Below, piece by piece: positions 45,724 to 55,961 of a DNA stretch of 64,000 bases. This stretch comes from Gemmatimonadota bacterium (GTDB lineage: Bacteria; Gemmatimonadota; Gemmatimonadetes; Longimicrobiales; Gaopeijiaceae): positions 416,001 to 480,000 of the forward strand of contig JAXHMG010000003.1 in the NCBI GenBank assembly GCA_034521595.1. Reading direction: 5' to 3'. Position 1 is the first letter of the stretch, and each line of letters begins with the position of its first letter. The notes under the pieces were generated by a model that searched no databases, was not told where the DNA came from, and worked only from the letters and a program-made list of their open reading frames with translations. The translations under genes and the position numbers were made by a program.

Positions 45724-47208
45724 GTGACGACGGAAGAGAGCCCCCGCGTGCGCGTGCTTCGGGACCTACCGGAAGCGTCGGAGCGTGCCTACGTCCTGTA
45801 CTGGATGACCGCGAATCGTCGGTTGGGCTGGAACTTCGCGCTCGATCGGGCCGTCGAGTGGGCGCACGCCCTGGGCAAGCCCCTCGTGATCCTGGAGGCA
45901 CTCGCGGCGGGATACCGCTGGGCCTCCGACCGCCATCACGCGTTCGTGCTCCATGGAATGGAGGAGCACCGGCGCCACCTCGCCGAGAGCCCGGTGGCGT
46001 ACCACCCGTACGTGGAGCCGGCGCCCGGCGAAGGACAGGGGCTGCTCGTCGCGCTCGCCGAGCACGCCTGCGTGGTCGTGGCCGACGATGCGCCGGTCTT
46101 CTTCCTGCCGCGAATCCTCGAAAGTGCCGCCCAGCGCGTTTCGACCCGGCTGGAAGCGGTGGATTCCTGTGGCCTTCTGCCGATGTCGCGTGTGGATCGA
46201 CCGTTTTCCTCGGCCTACCATTTTCGCCGCTTTCTGCACCGGACCCTCGCCCCTTACTTGACCGACCTCCCCGATCCGGCCCCTCTCTCCACGGCGGAAC
46301 TGGAAGGTGGCTCGGTGCCGGACACGGTACGCTCCCGGTGGCCGGAAGCCCCCCGGGAGCTCCTGGCCGGCTCTGCTCAGACGCTCGCGAGGCTCCCGAT
46401 CGACCATGAGGTCACCCCCTCGCCCATACGAGGCGGTACGAGCGCCGCGCGCGCTCGACTCGACCAGTTCCTGGCGCGTGACCTCGACCGCTACGGCGAG
46501 GAGCGGAACCACCCGGACTCGGATGCGTCGAGCCGGCTTTCCCCTTGGCTTCATTTCGGGCATATGTCCGTCCACGAGGTGTTCCACCGGGTCGCTGCGC
46601 GAGAGGGGTGGAGTCCGGCCAGGCTGGCGACGGATGCCACGGGAAAGCGCGAAGGATGGTGGGGAATGGGGGCTTCGGCCGAGGCGTTCCTGGACGAGCT
46701 GGTCACGTGGCGTGAGCTCGGCTTCGGATTCTGCCGCGTCGTTTCCGACTACGACCAGTACGAGACATTGCCCGAGTGGGCCCGCGCGACGCTGGAGGAC
46801 CACGCGTCGGATCCGAGGCCCTGGACGTACTCTCTGGAGGCGTTCGCTCGGGCGGAGACACACGACGAGCTCTGGAACGCCGCCCAGCGGCAGCTCCTGG
46901 GCGAAGGGATCATGCACAACTACGTACGGATGCTCTGGGGCAAGAAGATCCTGGAGTGGAGCGCCTCACCCCGGGAAGCGCTCCGCATCATGGTGGAGCT
47001 CAACAACCGGTATGCCCTCGACGGCCGGGATCCCAACTCCTACAACGGGATCATGTGGGTGCTGGGGCGTTTCGATCGAGGCTGGCCCGAGCGTGCGGTG
47101 TACGGGAAGGTTCGGTCGATGAGCTCGGAGCGGACGCGCCGGAAGGTGTCCCTCGACCGGTATCTGGAACGCTGGGGCGGTCAGGCCGCGCTCGATCTGA
47201 ACGGTTGA
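45724..47208 (+). CDS. phrB: Class II CPD photolyase
   Basis: VLYWM...WNFAL, SRLSPWLHFG, MHNYVRMLWGKKILEWS and YALDGRDPNSY. Confidence 0.92.
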   Translation: MTTEESPRVRVLRDLPEASERAYVLYWMTANRRLGWNFALDRAVEWAHALGKPLVILEALAAGYRWASDRHHAFVLHGMEEHRRHLAESPVAYHPYVEPAPGEGQGLLVALAEHACVVVADDAPVFFLPRILESAAQRVSTRLEAVDSCGLLPMSRVDRPFSSAYHFRRFLHRTLAPYLTDLPDPAPLSTAELEGGSVPDTVRSRWPEAPRELLAGSAQTLARLPIDHEVTPSPIRGGTSAARARLDQFLARDLDRYGEERNHPDSDASSRLSPWLHFGHMSVHEVFHRVAAREGWSPARLATDATGKREGWWGMGASAEAFLDELVTWRELGFGFCRVVSDYDQYETLPEWARATLEDHASDPRPWTYSLEAFARAETHDELWNAAQRQLLGEGIMHNYVRMLWGKKILEWSASPREALRIMVELNNRYALDGRDPNSYNGIMWVLGRFDRGWPERAVYGKVRSMSSERTRRKVSLDRYLERWGGQAALDLNG

Positions 47209-47232
47209 CGCTCGAGCCCCGTCGGTAGTCGC

Positions 47233-48273
47233 TCACCAAGCGCGCGAGAGGCGGACGCCGAGCGTGAAGTCGGCAGCCGGGGTGTCGGTAGGGAGATCTT
47301 CTTGGAACGAGACGTCCCACCGCCAGGTGTCGTCCAGCGTTCCCGCGACCCCGAACGTGAGATTGAAGGAGGGACCGTCCAGCTCCCGATGCTCGAAGCT
47401 GCGCAGCAAAGGTGAGCTCATCTGGTATTGCACGACGGCCGCCCACCCGTCGCCGAGGCTGCGTTCGATCCCGAGGAGTGCATGATAGCTGCGTGCCTGG
47501 AACATACGGACGTCGGCGTCCGAAGTGGCGCGAACCGTGGAGGCTCCCAGCATCGCGTGTCCGTGCCAGTCGGCTCGGGAGACACGACCGAGCGCGGAAA
47601 CGTCCAGGTCCGTGTTTTCCTGCACGAACGGCCCTCCCGCCGTCGGAATGCGGGTCGTCAGGCGGAGGCTCAAAGTCGCGGGAGCATCCTCAGAGCCGGC
47701 GAGGCGCCACTTTCCGAAAAGCCGAATATCCTCCAGCCCGAAGATGCGTCGCGGGACGTCGAGCACGGTTTCGCCCCCTTCCATTTCGACGGTCTGGTGG
47801 TACGCGCCATCCCGGAAACGTTCCCGGTTCGCGTTGCCCACGCGGAGGAAGGTGTGCCACCACGTCAGGAAGGGATCGAGGTTGCCTCCCCCCGTCGTTT
47901 CGAAGGTCAGGCGGCCGCCGATCTCGAGGTCCCGTGTGACGCCGTAGCGCACCTGCGCGGTCGTCACCAGCCGCTCCATGTCGATCAGGAGGACGTGTTC
48001 GGCGCCCGCTTCCTGCTCGAAGACATTCGAGAACGCCATCCAGGATCCCCACCGGAGGGAGCCGGTTCCGACAGGGTCGGGGGACTCCGCGGGTGCCGTC
48101 AGTCCGAGCCGGTGAAGGGGGGCGCCGTCCTCGGACGTCAGGGGTCCTAACGCGGGCGCTTGGCCCGCGGCGCGGCTCGCGGACGTGAAGAGGCCGAGGA
48201 GGCCCGCCACCACCCAGAGGACGCCTCGCGCCCGTGCTCGCGCGGAGGGAGGTTGGACGGGTGAACGTGACAT
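47233..48273 (-). CDS. Putative outer-membrane beta-barrel protein (DUF3187-like)
   Basis: Signal peptide; GGGNLDPFLTWWH; amphipathic beta pattern; FQEDL...DFT; terminal Trp. Confidence 0.65.
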   Translation of the reverse strand: MSRSPVQPPSARARARGVLWVVAGLLGLFTSASRAAGQAPALGPLTSEDGAPLHRLGLTAPAESPDPVGTGSLRWGSWMAFSNVFEQEAGAEHVLLIDMERLVTTAQVRYGVTRDLEIGGRLTFETTGGGNLDPFLTWWHTFLRVGNANRERFRDGAYHQTVEMEGGETVLDVPRRIFGLEDIRLFGKWRLAGSEDAPATLSLRLTTRIPTAGGPFVQENTDLDVSALGRVSRADWHGHAMLGASTVRATSDADVRMFQARSYHALLGIERSLGDGWAAVVQYQMSSPLLRSFEHRELDGPSFNLTFGVAGTLDDTWRWDVSFQEDLPTDTPAADFTLGVRLSRAW

Positions 48274-48481
48274 GGTGGCGGAATCGATGGTCCGTGGAAG
48301 GCGCGGAAAGGTAGGAAAAGAAGAGCTATCCGACGCGAACGATCAAGGACGTGCGTCGCCTCGAGCAGGGGGGGAGTGGACTTCGGCGGCCATGCGCCGT
48401 CTCTTGCAGGATCTCGAGCATACCCGGACGGGTACGCCGCGACCGATCTTTTTCTCCGCATTCAGGGACGCCCACGTTTTC

Positions 48482-48994
48482 ATGTACACTCTCGACGCTC
48501 TCGGAAATCTCGGCGAATTCGTAGGCGCCCTCGGCGTCGTGATTTCGTTGGTTTATCTGGCCCGCCAGATGCACCAGAACACGATTTCGGTGCGGGCGGC
48601 GTCCTTCAACGCGATGATCCAGAACAGCATTCGACTCCTCGAACACTCCTTCCGAGATTCCGAATTCGCGGCTTTCCTCGCACGGGCCGAAGCGGATCCC
48701 GACCAACTCACGCCGCAGGAGAGGGTGCGCTGGGACTCGTACATGACCGCCGTGTACCGGCATTTCGGCAACCTGGTATTTCAGTCCCGCGTCGGGGCCC
48801 TGGACGAGCAGATGTGGAAGGCGTATCGGGAGGACCTGAAGCGACATCTCAAGCAGGATTCCTGGGCGAGGTGGTACCATGCCCACAGCGAAGTTTTCAG
48901 CCGATCGCTGACCGATCAGGTCGAGCAGACTTTGCGTGAGATCGAGGTCGAGCGCCACGAGCATCGCGAAAGCCACGCGACTCCCACAGATTAG
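48482..48994 (+). CDS. Hypothetical protein with one N-terminal TM helix
   Basis: LGNLGEFVGALGVVISLVYLARQ followed by a helical soluble part. Confidence 0.7.
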   Translation: MYTLDALGNLGEFVGALGVVISLVYLARQMHQNTISVRAASFNAMIQNSIRLLEHSFRDSEFAAFLARAEADPDQLTPQERVRWDSYMTAVYRHFGNLVFQSRVGALDEQMWKAYREDLKRHLKQDSWARWYHAHSEVFSRSLTDQVEQTLREIEVERHEHRESHATPTD

Positions 48995-49085
48995 AACAGT
49001 GTGATGATCGTACCCCTGCATGTGCTGGAGCGTCGAGGGGCGTCCGAACGTGTCAGGGGGCCACCCGGTCGACAGTCGAGGAACG

Positions 49086-50447
49086 ATGAGCGCGCGGTTT
49101 CGGATTCGAACGCCACACGGCCAGGAGCTGTCCTTCGGCTCCGAGGAGATGTTCGCCGACTTCGTCAGATCGGGCGAGCTTTCCCAAGACGACCTCGTGT
49201 ACGACGCCGCCACGGGCGAGTGGTCGCCGGCCTTCACGCACTCGCTCGTGCTCGAGGTCCAGGCCGGCGGGCAAGGGACCGGGGTGCAGGAGACCGAAGG
49301 CGGTAGTGACGGGCCCTCTGGCGGTGAAGCTTCCCGGGCGGATGCTTCCGACGACGAGGATTCGGATCTGAGCCTCGATCTCGCTCCCGAGCAAACTCCT
49401 GAAGAGGCTTCGGCCGCGTTCGTCAAGGAGATGGAGGAAGAGCGCGCCTCGGAGTTCGAGCGGACGGAGGAGCTCCATGGCCTGCGGCCGAGCAAGGAGG
49501 GCGGCGGATTGCTTCGGGACTCCGAAGAAGATCCGCAAGACTCTGCCGAGACGAACACGGACGCGGCAACGTCGGAGCGGGGTGGGCGGGATCCCGGTCG
49601 GGTCGAAGAGGACCTTACGAGCGAAGCCGAGGCGCAACCGACCCGGCGCACTCGGTCGACGCGGCGTCGTCGCCCGCCGTCGAGAAGCGCTCGAGCGTCC
49701 GTCTCCGGTCGGTTCGTCGTGTGGGTGTTGGTGCTCGGCGCGTTGGCCGGTGGCGTCGTCCTGCTGGGGCCCAACGTGGTCGGGCTGGCGATGGACTCGG
49801 GGGAGTCGGAAGACGTGGTCACCAGCGTGCCCGTGGTCGCCGACACCGAAGAGGCGGTCCGTGCGGCGGCCTCCGTGCGGTTTCTCGCTCGGGTTCGCCC
49901 CGGCCTGGTCGGGCTTCCGACCATCCCGTCCGTTTGGCTCGATGGACGATACCTCGCGAACGCGTCGGACTTTCCGGAGGTCCGTGCGGCTTGGCAGGAG
50001 CATCTCGCGACCGTGCGCCGTTTGCGGGTCGATGAGGAGGAGCACTACTCGACCGCGTATCTCAGCGCTCTCGACGATGCAGGAGTGACCGGCGCTACCC
50101 GAACCCTTCGCCTCGCTTCGGCGCTTTCGCGGTTCGAGAGCCGTGCACCGGAGCGCGCGGCACACTACGATCGCGTGGAGGAGCTGGCCGAGGCAGCAGT
50201 CGAGCTCCATGACTTTCTCGTGGCGCGTGAGGCGGACATCACGTACGAGCCGGCCGTGGGTTCCAGAGTGTCGGTCGACCCCATTCTCCAGGCCGCGGGA
50301 CGGGATCCGGAGACGCAGGCTTCGCTCGAAGCCGCGCTCGACCGTGTTCTGGATGCGCTTTCCGGAGGGGGCTCGGGACCGGTCGAAGTGGCTCGGGTGC
50401 CTCAGTGGACCTTCCAGGGGCTCCGCGACGTGGTGATGCCGGAATGA
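49086..50447 (+). CDS. Hypothetical single-pass membrane protein (GYF_2-like N-terminus, acidic linker)
   Basis: GAGG SD; GELSQDDLVYD...W.PA; low-complexity linker; TM FVVWVLVLGALAGGVVLL; stop overlaps the next start. Confidence 0.7.
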   Translation: MSARFRIRTPHGQELSFGSEEMFADFVRSGELSQDDLVYDAATGEWSPAFTHSLVLEVQAGGQGTGVQETEGGSDGPSGGEASRADASDDEDSDLSLDLAPEQTPEEASAAFVKEMEEERASEFERTEELHGLRPSKEGGGLLRDSEEDPQDSAETNTDAATSERGGRDPGRVEEDLTSEAEAQPTRRTRSTRRRRPPSRSARASVSGRFVVWVLVLGALAGGVVLLGPNVVGLAMDSGESEDVVTSVPVVADTEEAVRAAASVRFLARVRPGLVGLPTIPSVWLDGRYLANASDFPEVRAAWQEHLATVRRLRVDEEEHYSTAYLSALDDAGVTGATRTLRLASALSRFESRAPERAAHYDRVEELAEAAVELHDFLVAREADITYEPAVGSRVSVDPILQAAGRDPETQASLEAALDRVLDALSGGGSGPVEVARVPQWTFQGLRDVVMPE

Positions 50448-51973
50448 CCGAGGCCGTGGGCCGCTGGGCCAAAGTCATCGACCACACGCGCTGCATCGGC
50501 TGTCACGCGTGCACGACCGCCTGCAAGTCCGAGAACGAGGTTCCGCTCTCGGTCACCCGAACGTATGTGAAATACGTCGATGTGGGGGCGTTTCCCCAGG
50601 CGCGGCGCTCGTTCCAGGTCACGCGCTGTAACCAGTGCGCGGACGCGCCCTGCGTCTCGGCCTGTCCGACCGCGTCCATGCACAAGCGTCCGGACGGCAT
50701 CGTGGACTTCGACAAGTCGATCTGCATCGGGTGCAAGGCGTGCATCGCGGCGTGTCCGTACGACGCGATTTTCATCAACCCCGAGGACAAGTCGGCCGAG
50801 AAGTGCAACTTCTGCGCGCACCGGCTGGACGTGGGGCTCGAACCCGCGTGCGCGGTGGTATGCCCGACGGAAGCCATCCTGGTCGGCGACATGGACGACC
50901 CGCTCTCGGCCGTGAGCCGGATCATCAACCGGGACGCGGTCACGGTGCGTCGTCCGGAGAAGGAGACCCGCCCCAAGCTCTTCTACAAGGGCGCGGATCA
51001 AGCCACCCTCGACCCCTTGGCTGCCCAGCGTCCCGACGGCGGGCTCTTCATGTGGAGCGAACAGGGTAAGGTGCCGCACCAGGTGCCTTCCGGGCATCCC
51101 GGTGACGGGGCCGGTTACGGTCAGGGGGGAGCGAACAGCTCGGCCGCTGCGCTCCTGAGCTATGACGTGACGCACCGGGCCCCGTGGGACTGGCGGGTCA
51201 GCGCGTATACGTTCACGAAATCGATCGCGGCCGGCGCGTACCTGGTGTCGCTGACGCTCGGCTTGCTGGGGCTGCTCCCCTTCACCTCGGCCACGTGGGG
51301 GTGGCATGCACCGCTCGTGGCCGTGGCCGGGCTTCTCCTGACGGGTGCGTTGCTCGTGTGGGACCTCGACCATCCGGAACGGTTCTGGATGGTGCTCACG
51401 CGGCCACAGTGGGGGAGCTGGCTCGCGCGGGGTGGGGCCATCATCACGGCGTACGGAGCGTTGCTCGCGGCGCATCTCGCGGCGACGGTCGTGGGACGTG
51501 CGGATCTTACGCCTCTCTTGGCCTGGGTGGGCGCCCCGCTCGCGGCGATGTCGGCGGTCTACACCGCATACCTCTTCGCCCAGGCCCGCGCCCGTGACCT
51601 CTGGCAGAGCCCCATGCTTCCCGCCCACCTGCTCGTGCAGGCCTTCGCGGCCGGCGCGGCGGTGTTGCTCGTGCTCGGAGCCACGCCCACCGGACCCGTC
51701 GTGGCGCTCTTCCGGATCGCTCTCGGCCTCCACCTCCTGCTCGTCGTGGGCGAGGCGACCATGGGCCATCCGACGGCCCATGCCGCGCTCGCCGCCCGGA
51801 ACATGACGTTCGGGGCCTACGGCCACTTTTTCTGGCTGGCTCTGGCGTTCGGGGTGCTCGGTCTGATCTTCCCGGTCGGCGCCCCGGCGATCGCCGCGCT
51901 CGGAGGCCTCCTGAGCCTCCTGCTCTACGAGCACGCTTTCGTGCAGGCGGGCCAGTCCGTTCCCCTCGCTTGA
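50444..51973 (+). CDS. NrfC/PsrB-type 4x[4Fe-4S] domain fused to an NrfD/PsrC membrane domain
   Basis: CIGCHACTTAC, CNQCADAPCVSACP, CIGCKACIAACP and CNFC...CAVVCP, then PWDWRVSAY, DLDHPERFW and SWLARG with about eight TM helices. Confidence 0.92.
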   Translation: MTEAVGRWAKVIDHTRCIGCHACTTACKSENEVPLSVTRTYVKYVDVGAFPQARRSFQVTRCNQCADAPCVSACPTASMHKRPDGIVDFDKSICIGCKACIAACPYDAIFINPEDKSAEKCNFCAHRLDVGLEPACAVVCPTEAILVGDMDDPLSAVSRIINRDAVTVRRPEKETRPKLFYKGADQATLDPLAAQRPDGGLFMWSEQGKVPHQVPSGHPGDGAGYGQGGANSSAAALLSYDVTHRAPWDWRVSAYTFTKSIAAGAYLVSLTLGLLGLLPFTSATWGWHAPLVAVAGLLLTGALLVWDLDHPERFWMVLTRPQWGSWLARGGAIITAYGALLAAHLAATVVGRADLTPLLAWVGAPLAAMSAVYTAYLFAQARARDLWQSPMLPAHLLVQAFAAGAAVLLVLGATPTGPVVALFRIALGLHLLLVVGEATMGHPTAHAALAARNMTFGAYGHFFWLALAFGVLGLIFPVGAPAIAALGGLLSLLLYEHAFVQAGQSVPLA

Positions 51974-52003
51974 CCTCCGCCATTCATCCGTGAGGACGCA
52001 GCG

Positions 52004-54928
52004 GTGACCCATGATGAGCTGAACCAACGCGTCTCGGCCGCGCGAGCCGAGGTCGAGGCGCGCGGCGAGACCTTCTACCCCGGGGCGAGCCGGGTTCATC
52101 TCGCGTCCTTTCCACCGAAGGAGCGCTGGGACGACTGGGTCGAGCTCGACTCGAAAGCATGGCCGGAGCGCGTCGAGAAGCGATACATGCTCGTGCCGAC
52201 CACCTGCTTCAACTGCGAGTCGGCGTGCGGGCTCCTGGCCTACGTGGACCGGGATACGCTGCAGGTGCGGAAGTTCGAAGGGAACCCGGAGCATCCGGGC
52301 TCGAGGGGGCGGAACTGCGCCAAGGGGCCCGCGACCATAAACCAGATCACCGACCCGGACCGCATCCTCCATCCCCTCAAGCGCGCCGGGCGGCGCGGGG
52401 AAGGGAAGTGGGAGCGCGTGAGCTGGGACGAGGCGCTCGACGACATCGCCGGCCGGATCCGCACGGCCATGAACGAGGATCGACACGACCAGGTGATGTA
52501 CCACGTCGGCCGGCCCGGCGAGGACGGGTACACGACCCGGATGCTCGCGGCCTGGGGGGTGGACGGTCACAACTCGCACACCAACGTCTGCTCGAGTGGG
52601 GCGCGTGCAGGCTACCACTGGTGGATGGGCATGGACCGCCCGAGCCCGGACCACGCGAACGCCGCCGTCATCGTGCTGGTGAGCAGCCACCTCGAGACCG
52701 GCCACTACTTCAACCCTCACGCCCAGCGGATCGTGGAGGGCAAGAAGAACGGTGCCAAGCTGATCGTCCTCGACACGCGCCTCTCGAACACCGCCACGCA
52801 CGCGGATCACTGGCTGTCCCCGTATCCGGGATCGGAGCCGGCGATTTTCCTCGCGGTCGCTTCGTGGATGCTCCAAGAGGGACGATACGACCGCGAGTAC
52901 GTGCGGCGATGGTGGAACTGGGGCGAGTACATGGAGGCGGTGCACGGGGAGCCGGAAGCGTCGTTCGACCGCTTCGAGGAAGTGCTGAAGGGGACGTACG
53001 AGGGCTACACGTTCGAGTTCGCCGCGGCCGAGTCGGGCCTCGATGCCGACGAGCTGCGGGTCGTGGCCGAGACCATCGCGTCGGCGGGCACGCGGCTGGC
53101 CACGCACAACTGGCGGAGCGCGGGGTCGGGCAACCTGGGTGGATGGCAGGTCGCGCGGACCCTCACGTTCCTCAACGCGCTCCTGGGCGCGCTCGCGACC
53201 GAGGGGGGGACGTTCCCGAATTCCTGGAATCGGTTTTCTCCACGGCCGCCACGCCTGCCCCATCAGCATCCGAAGCGCTGGAACGAGGTGCTCTGGCCGC
53301 GCGAGTACCCGCTCTCGCTCATGGAGATGTCCTATCTGATGCCGCATCTGATGCGGGATCAAGATGCGTTCGTGGACGTGTATTTCACTCGGGTCTACAA
53401 CCCCGTGTGGACCAACCCCGACGGCTTCAGTTGGGTGGAGATGCTCTCCGACGCGAAGCGAATCGGACTCCACGTGGCCATGACCCCGACCTGGAACGAG
53501 ACCGCGTACTTCGCGGACTACGTGCTGCCGATGGGACACTCGTCGGAGCGGCACGACATCGTCTCGTACGAGCAATACGACGGTCAGTGGGTGGGCTTCC
53601 GGCAGCCCGTGCTGCGCACGGCCCGCACCCGGATGGGTGAGACGCTCACCGATACCCGGCAGGCGAACCCCGGCGAGGTGTGGGAGGAGAACGAATTCTG
53701 GATCGAGCTCACGTGGCGGATCGACCCCGACGGCTCGCTCGGCATCCGGGAGTTCTTCGAGTCGGTCGAGCGGCCGGGCGAGAAGATGACGGTCGAAGAG
53801 TACTACCGCTGGATCTTCGAGAACTCCGTGCCCGGGCTTCCGGAAGCCGCTGCCGCAGAGGGGATCTCGCCGCTCGAGTACATGCGGCGCTATGGAGCCT
53901 TCGAGGTCGAGCGCAAGGTCGGAAGGGTCCACGAGCGGCCGGTTCCGGACGCGGAGCTCGAGGACGTGCGGGTCGACGAGGACGGTCGCGTGTATAGCCG
54001 GGCTCCCGTGCCTCCCAGCCCGAAAGCGCCGGGTGGTACGAAGATCGATCCCGACGTCGAGGGACGCCGGCGCGTGGGCGTGCGCGTGGATGGTGAGATC
54101 GTCCGCGGTTGGCCGACCCCGAGCGGAAAGCTCGAGTTCTGGTCGCGGACCGTGGCCGAGTGGGGTTGGCCGGAGCTCGCCATTCCGACGTACGTGAAGA
54201 GCCACATCCACCCGGAGAAGCTCGAGTCGGACCAGATGCCCCTCATCTCGACCTTTCGTGTGCCCGTGCAGATCCACACCCGGAGCGCGAACGCCAAGTG
54301 GCTCGACGAGATCGCGCATACCAACCCCCTCTGGATCCATCCTGCGGACGCGGCGCGGGTCGGGGTGGCTCGGACCGGGGATCTGGTACGCGTGGAAGGC
54401 GAGATCGGATACTTCGTGCTCAAGGCCTGGATCACGGAGGGCATCCGACCGGGCGTGGTCGCGTGCAGCCATCACATGGGCCGCTGGAAGCCCGAGGGAC
54501 AGCCCGGGCAGCGCCTGGGCATGATGACCGTCGCCCTCGGCCAGGAGGGCTCGCAGTGGTCGCTTCGGCCCACGGAGCACGGCGGCCCGTTCGAGTCTCC
54601 GGACCCGGACACGATGCGTGTGTGGTGGACCGACGTGGGAGTCCACCAGAATCTCACGCACGCCGTCCACCCGGACCCCGTGTCCGGCATGCACTGCTGG
54701 CATCAGGCCGTGCGGGTCCGTCCCGCGGAGCCGGACGACCAGCCCGGCGACGTCTCCGTCGACGTGGCACGGGCCCGCGCTACCTATCAGGATTGGCTCG
54801 CCATGGCCCGGTCCGCCGACGAGCACTCACCGGACGGGACGCGGCGCCCCTACTGGATGCTGAGACCGGTTCGTCCGGAGCGGGAAGCGTATCGCCTGCC
54901 GGAGCGACGGACTCCGGTCGGTGTCTGA
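52004..54928 (+). CDS. Molybdopterin (DMSO reductase superfamily) oxidoreductase catalytic subunit
   Basis: CFNCESAC...NCAKG FS0 motif; WERVSWDEAL, SHTNVCS, ETAYFADYVLP, TPSGKLEF, HTRS and WIHPADA; no twin-arginine signal. Confidence 0.93.
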   Translation: MTHDELNQRVSAARAEVEARGETFYPGASRVHLASFPPKERWDDWVELDSKAWPERVEKRYMLVPTTCFNCESACGLLAYVDRDTLQVRKFEGNPEHPGSRGRNCAKGPATINQITDPDRILHPLKRAGRRGEGKWERVSWDEALDDIAGRIRTAMNEDRHDQVMYHVGRPGEDGYTTRMLAAWGVDGHNSHTNVCSSGARAGYHWWMGMDRPSPDHANAAVIVLVSSHLETGHYFNPHAQRIVEGKKNGAKLIVLDTRLSNTATHADHWLSPYPGSEPAIFLAVASWMLQEGRYDREYVRRWWNWGEYMEAVHGEPEASFDRFEEVLKGTYEGYTFEFAAAESGLDADELRVVAETIASAGTRLATHNWRSAGSGNLGGWQVARTLTFLNALLGALATEGGTFPNSWNRFSPRPPRLPHQHPKRWNEVLWPREYPLSLMEMSYLMPHLMRDQDAFVDVYFTRVYNPVWTNPDGFSWVEMLSDAKRIGLHVAMTPTWNETAYFADYVLPMGHSSERHDIVSYEQYDGQWVGFRQPVLRTARTRMGETLTDTRQANPGEVWEENEFWIELTWRIDPDGSLGIREFFESVERPGEKMTVEEYYRWIFENSVPGLPEAAAAEGISPLEYMRRYGAFEVERKVGRVHERPVPDAELEDVRVDEDGRVYSRAPVPPSPKAPGGTKIDPDVEGRRRVGVRVDGEIVRGWPTPSGKLEFWSRTVAEWGWPELAIPTYVKSHIHPEKLESDQMPLISTFRVPVQIHTRSANAKWLDEIAHTNPLWIHPADAARVGVARTGDLVRVEGEIGYFVLKAWITEGIRPGVVACSHHMGRWKPEGQPGQRLGMMTVALGQEGSQWSLRPTEHGGPFESPDPDTMRVWWTDVGVHQNLTHAVHPDPVSGMHCWHQAVRVRPAEPDDQPGDVSVDVARARATYQDWLAMARSADEHSPDGTRRPYWMLRPVRPEREAYRLPERRTPVGV

Positions 54929-55889
54929 CCCGGTGACGCCTCCCGAAGCGGGTGAGCTCCTACGGGCCCTCGCCCATCTGGCCGAGCCACCGGGCCCCGC
55001 GCATCCTACGCTCGCCGAAGCGCTGGGGCTGCCGGCGCCGCCGGACGCCGCCACGCACACCGACCTCTTCGGCTTCCAGCTTTACCCGTACGCATCCGTG
55101 TACCTCGGCTCCGAAGGCATGATCGGGGGGGAAGCCGAGGAGCGAATCTCGGGGTTCTGGCGCGCCGTGGGCCGGGAGGTGCCCCCCGAGCCCGACCATC
55201 TGGCGTCGCTCATGGGCCTCTACGCGGCGCTCGGCGAGGAGGAGGCCGAGCTCGCCGCCGAGCCCGGAGCCGAAGCCCGTGTGACCCTGGTGGCTCGGAG
55301 CCGTCGTGCGCTCCTGGAAGAACATCTCGCTCCATGGGTGTTCGCTTTCCTCGAACGGATCGAGGAGTTGGGGGGCACGTTTCACGCGCGCTGGGCCGAG
55401 ATGCTTCGGGGCTGCCTGTTGCACGAGCTCGCTCGGGGCGGAGCGATCGCCTCGCGTCCGGTGCATCTCGAGGTGGCGCCACCCCTGCCGGATCCGCGAG
55501 ACGAGGGCGCGGCACCCTTCATGACCGCGCTGCTCGCCCCTGTCCGCTCCGGAGTCATCCTGACCCGGGCGGATCTGGCACGGATCGCCCGGGCGCTCGA
55601 ACTGGGGCTCAGGGCGGGCGAACGCCGGTATGCGTTGAAGCATCTGATGGGCCAGGCTGCTCCGGACGTGCTGGCCGCCCTCGCGGAGGAGGCGGAGCGG
55701 CAGGCGGACCTTCATGCCGCGAGGAGCGCCCCGATCGGTGCTCCCGCGTCGTTCCTGGAAGCACGAGCGCGCGGGACGGCCGAGCTACTGCGCACCCTCG
55801 CCGGGGCCGCGCGTGCATCGGAGCTCGCGGAGTCCGACGGGACGGCCGGCGAAACAACCCCCGCAACTCTCGAGTCCCGAGGCTCGTAG
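54921..55889 (+). CDS. TorD/DmsD-family maturation chaperone with a C-terminal extension
   Basis: PYASVYL, EPDHL and EEHLAPW. Confidence 0.85.
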   Translation: MSDPVTPPEAGELLRALAHLAEPPGPAHPTLAEALGLPAPPDAATHTDLFGFQLYPYASVYLGSEGMIGGEAEERISGFWRAVGREVPPEPDHLASLMGLYAALGEEEAELAAEPGAEARVTLVARSRRALLEEHLAPWVFAFLERIEELGGTFHARWAEMLRGCLLHELARGGAIASRPVHLEVAPPLPDPRDEGAAPFMTALLAPVRSGVILTRADLARIARALELGLRAGERRYALKHLMGQAAPDVLAALAEEAERQADLHAARSAPIGAPASFLEARARGTAELLRTLAGAARASELAESDGTAGETTPATLESRGS

Positions 55890-55961
55890 GGATGGATGCA
55901 CGACGGACCCCGCGCGCTGGATCCCCGGTGCGAGCGGGGCGCATTCCTCGGGAGGTTTCAC

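Noticed and set aside
50402..54826. 1474-aa minus-strand ORF
   Set aside because: It lies antisense to the well-supported nrfCD and Mo-enzyme genes and has no recognisable motifs. Such shadow ORFs are expected at high GC.
52004..54928. Selenocysteine-containing formate dehydrogenase
   Set aside because: There is no in-frame TGA, and the ligand region SHTNVCS lacks the FDH (C/U)H motif.
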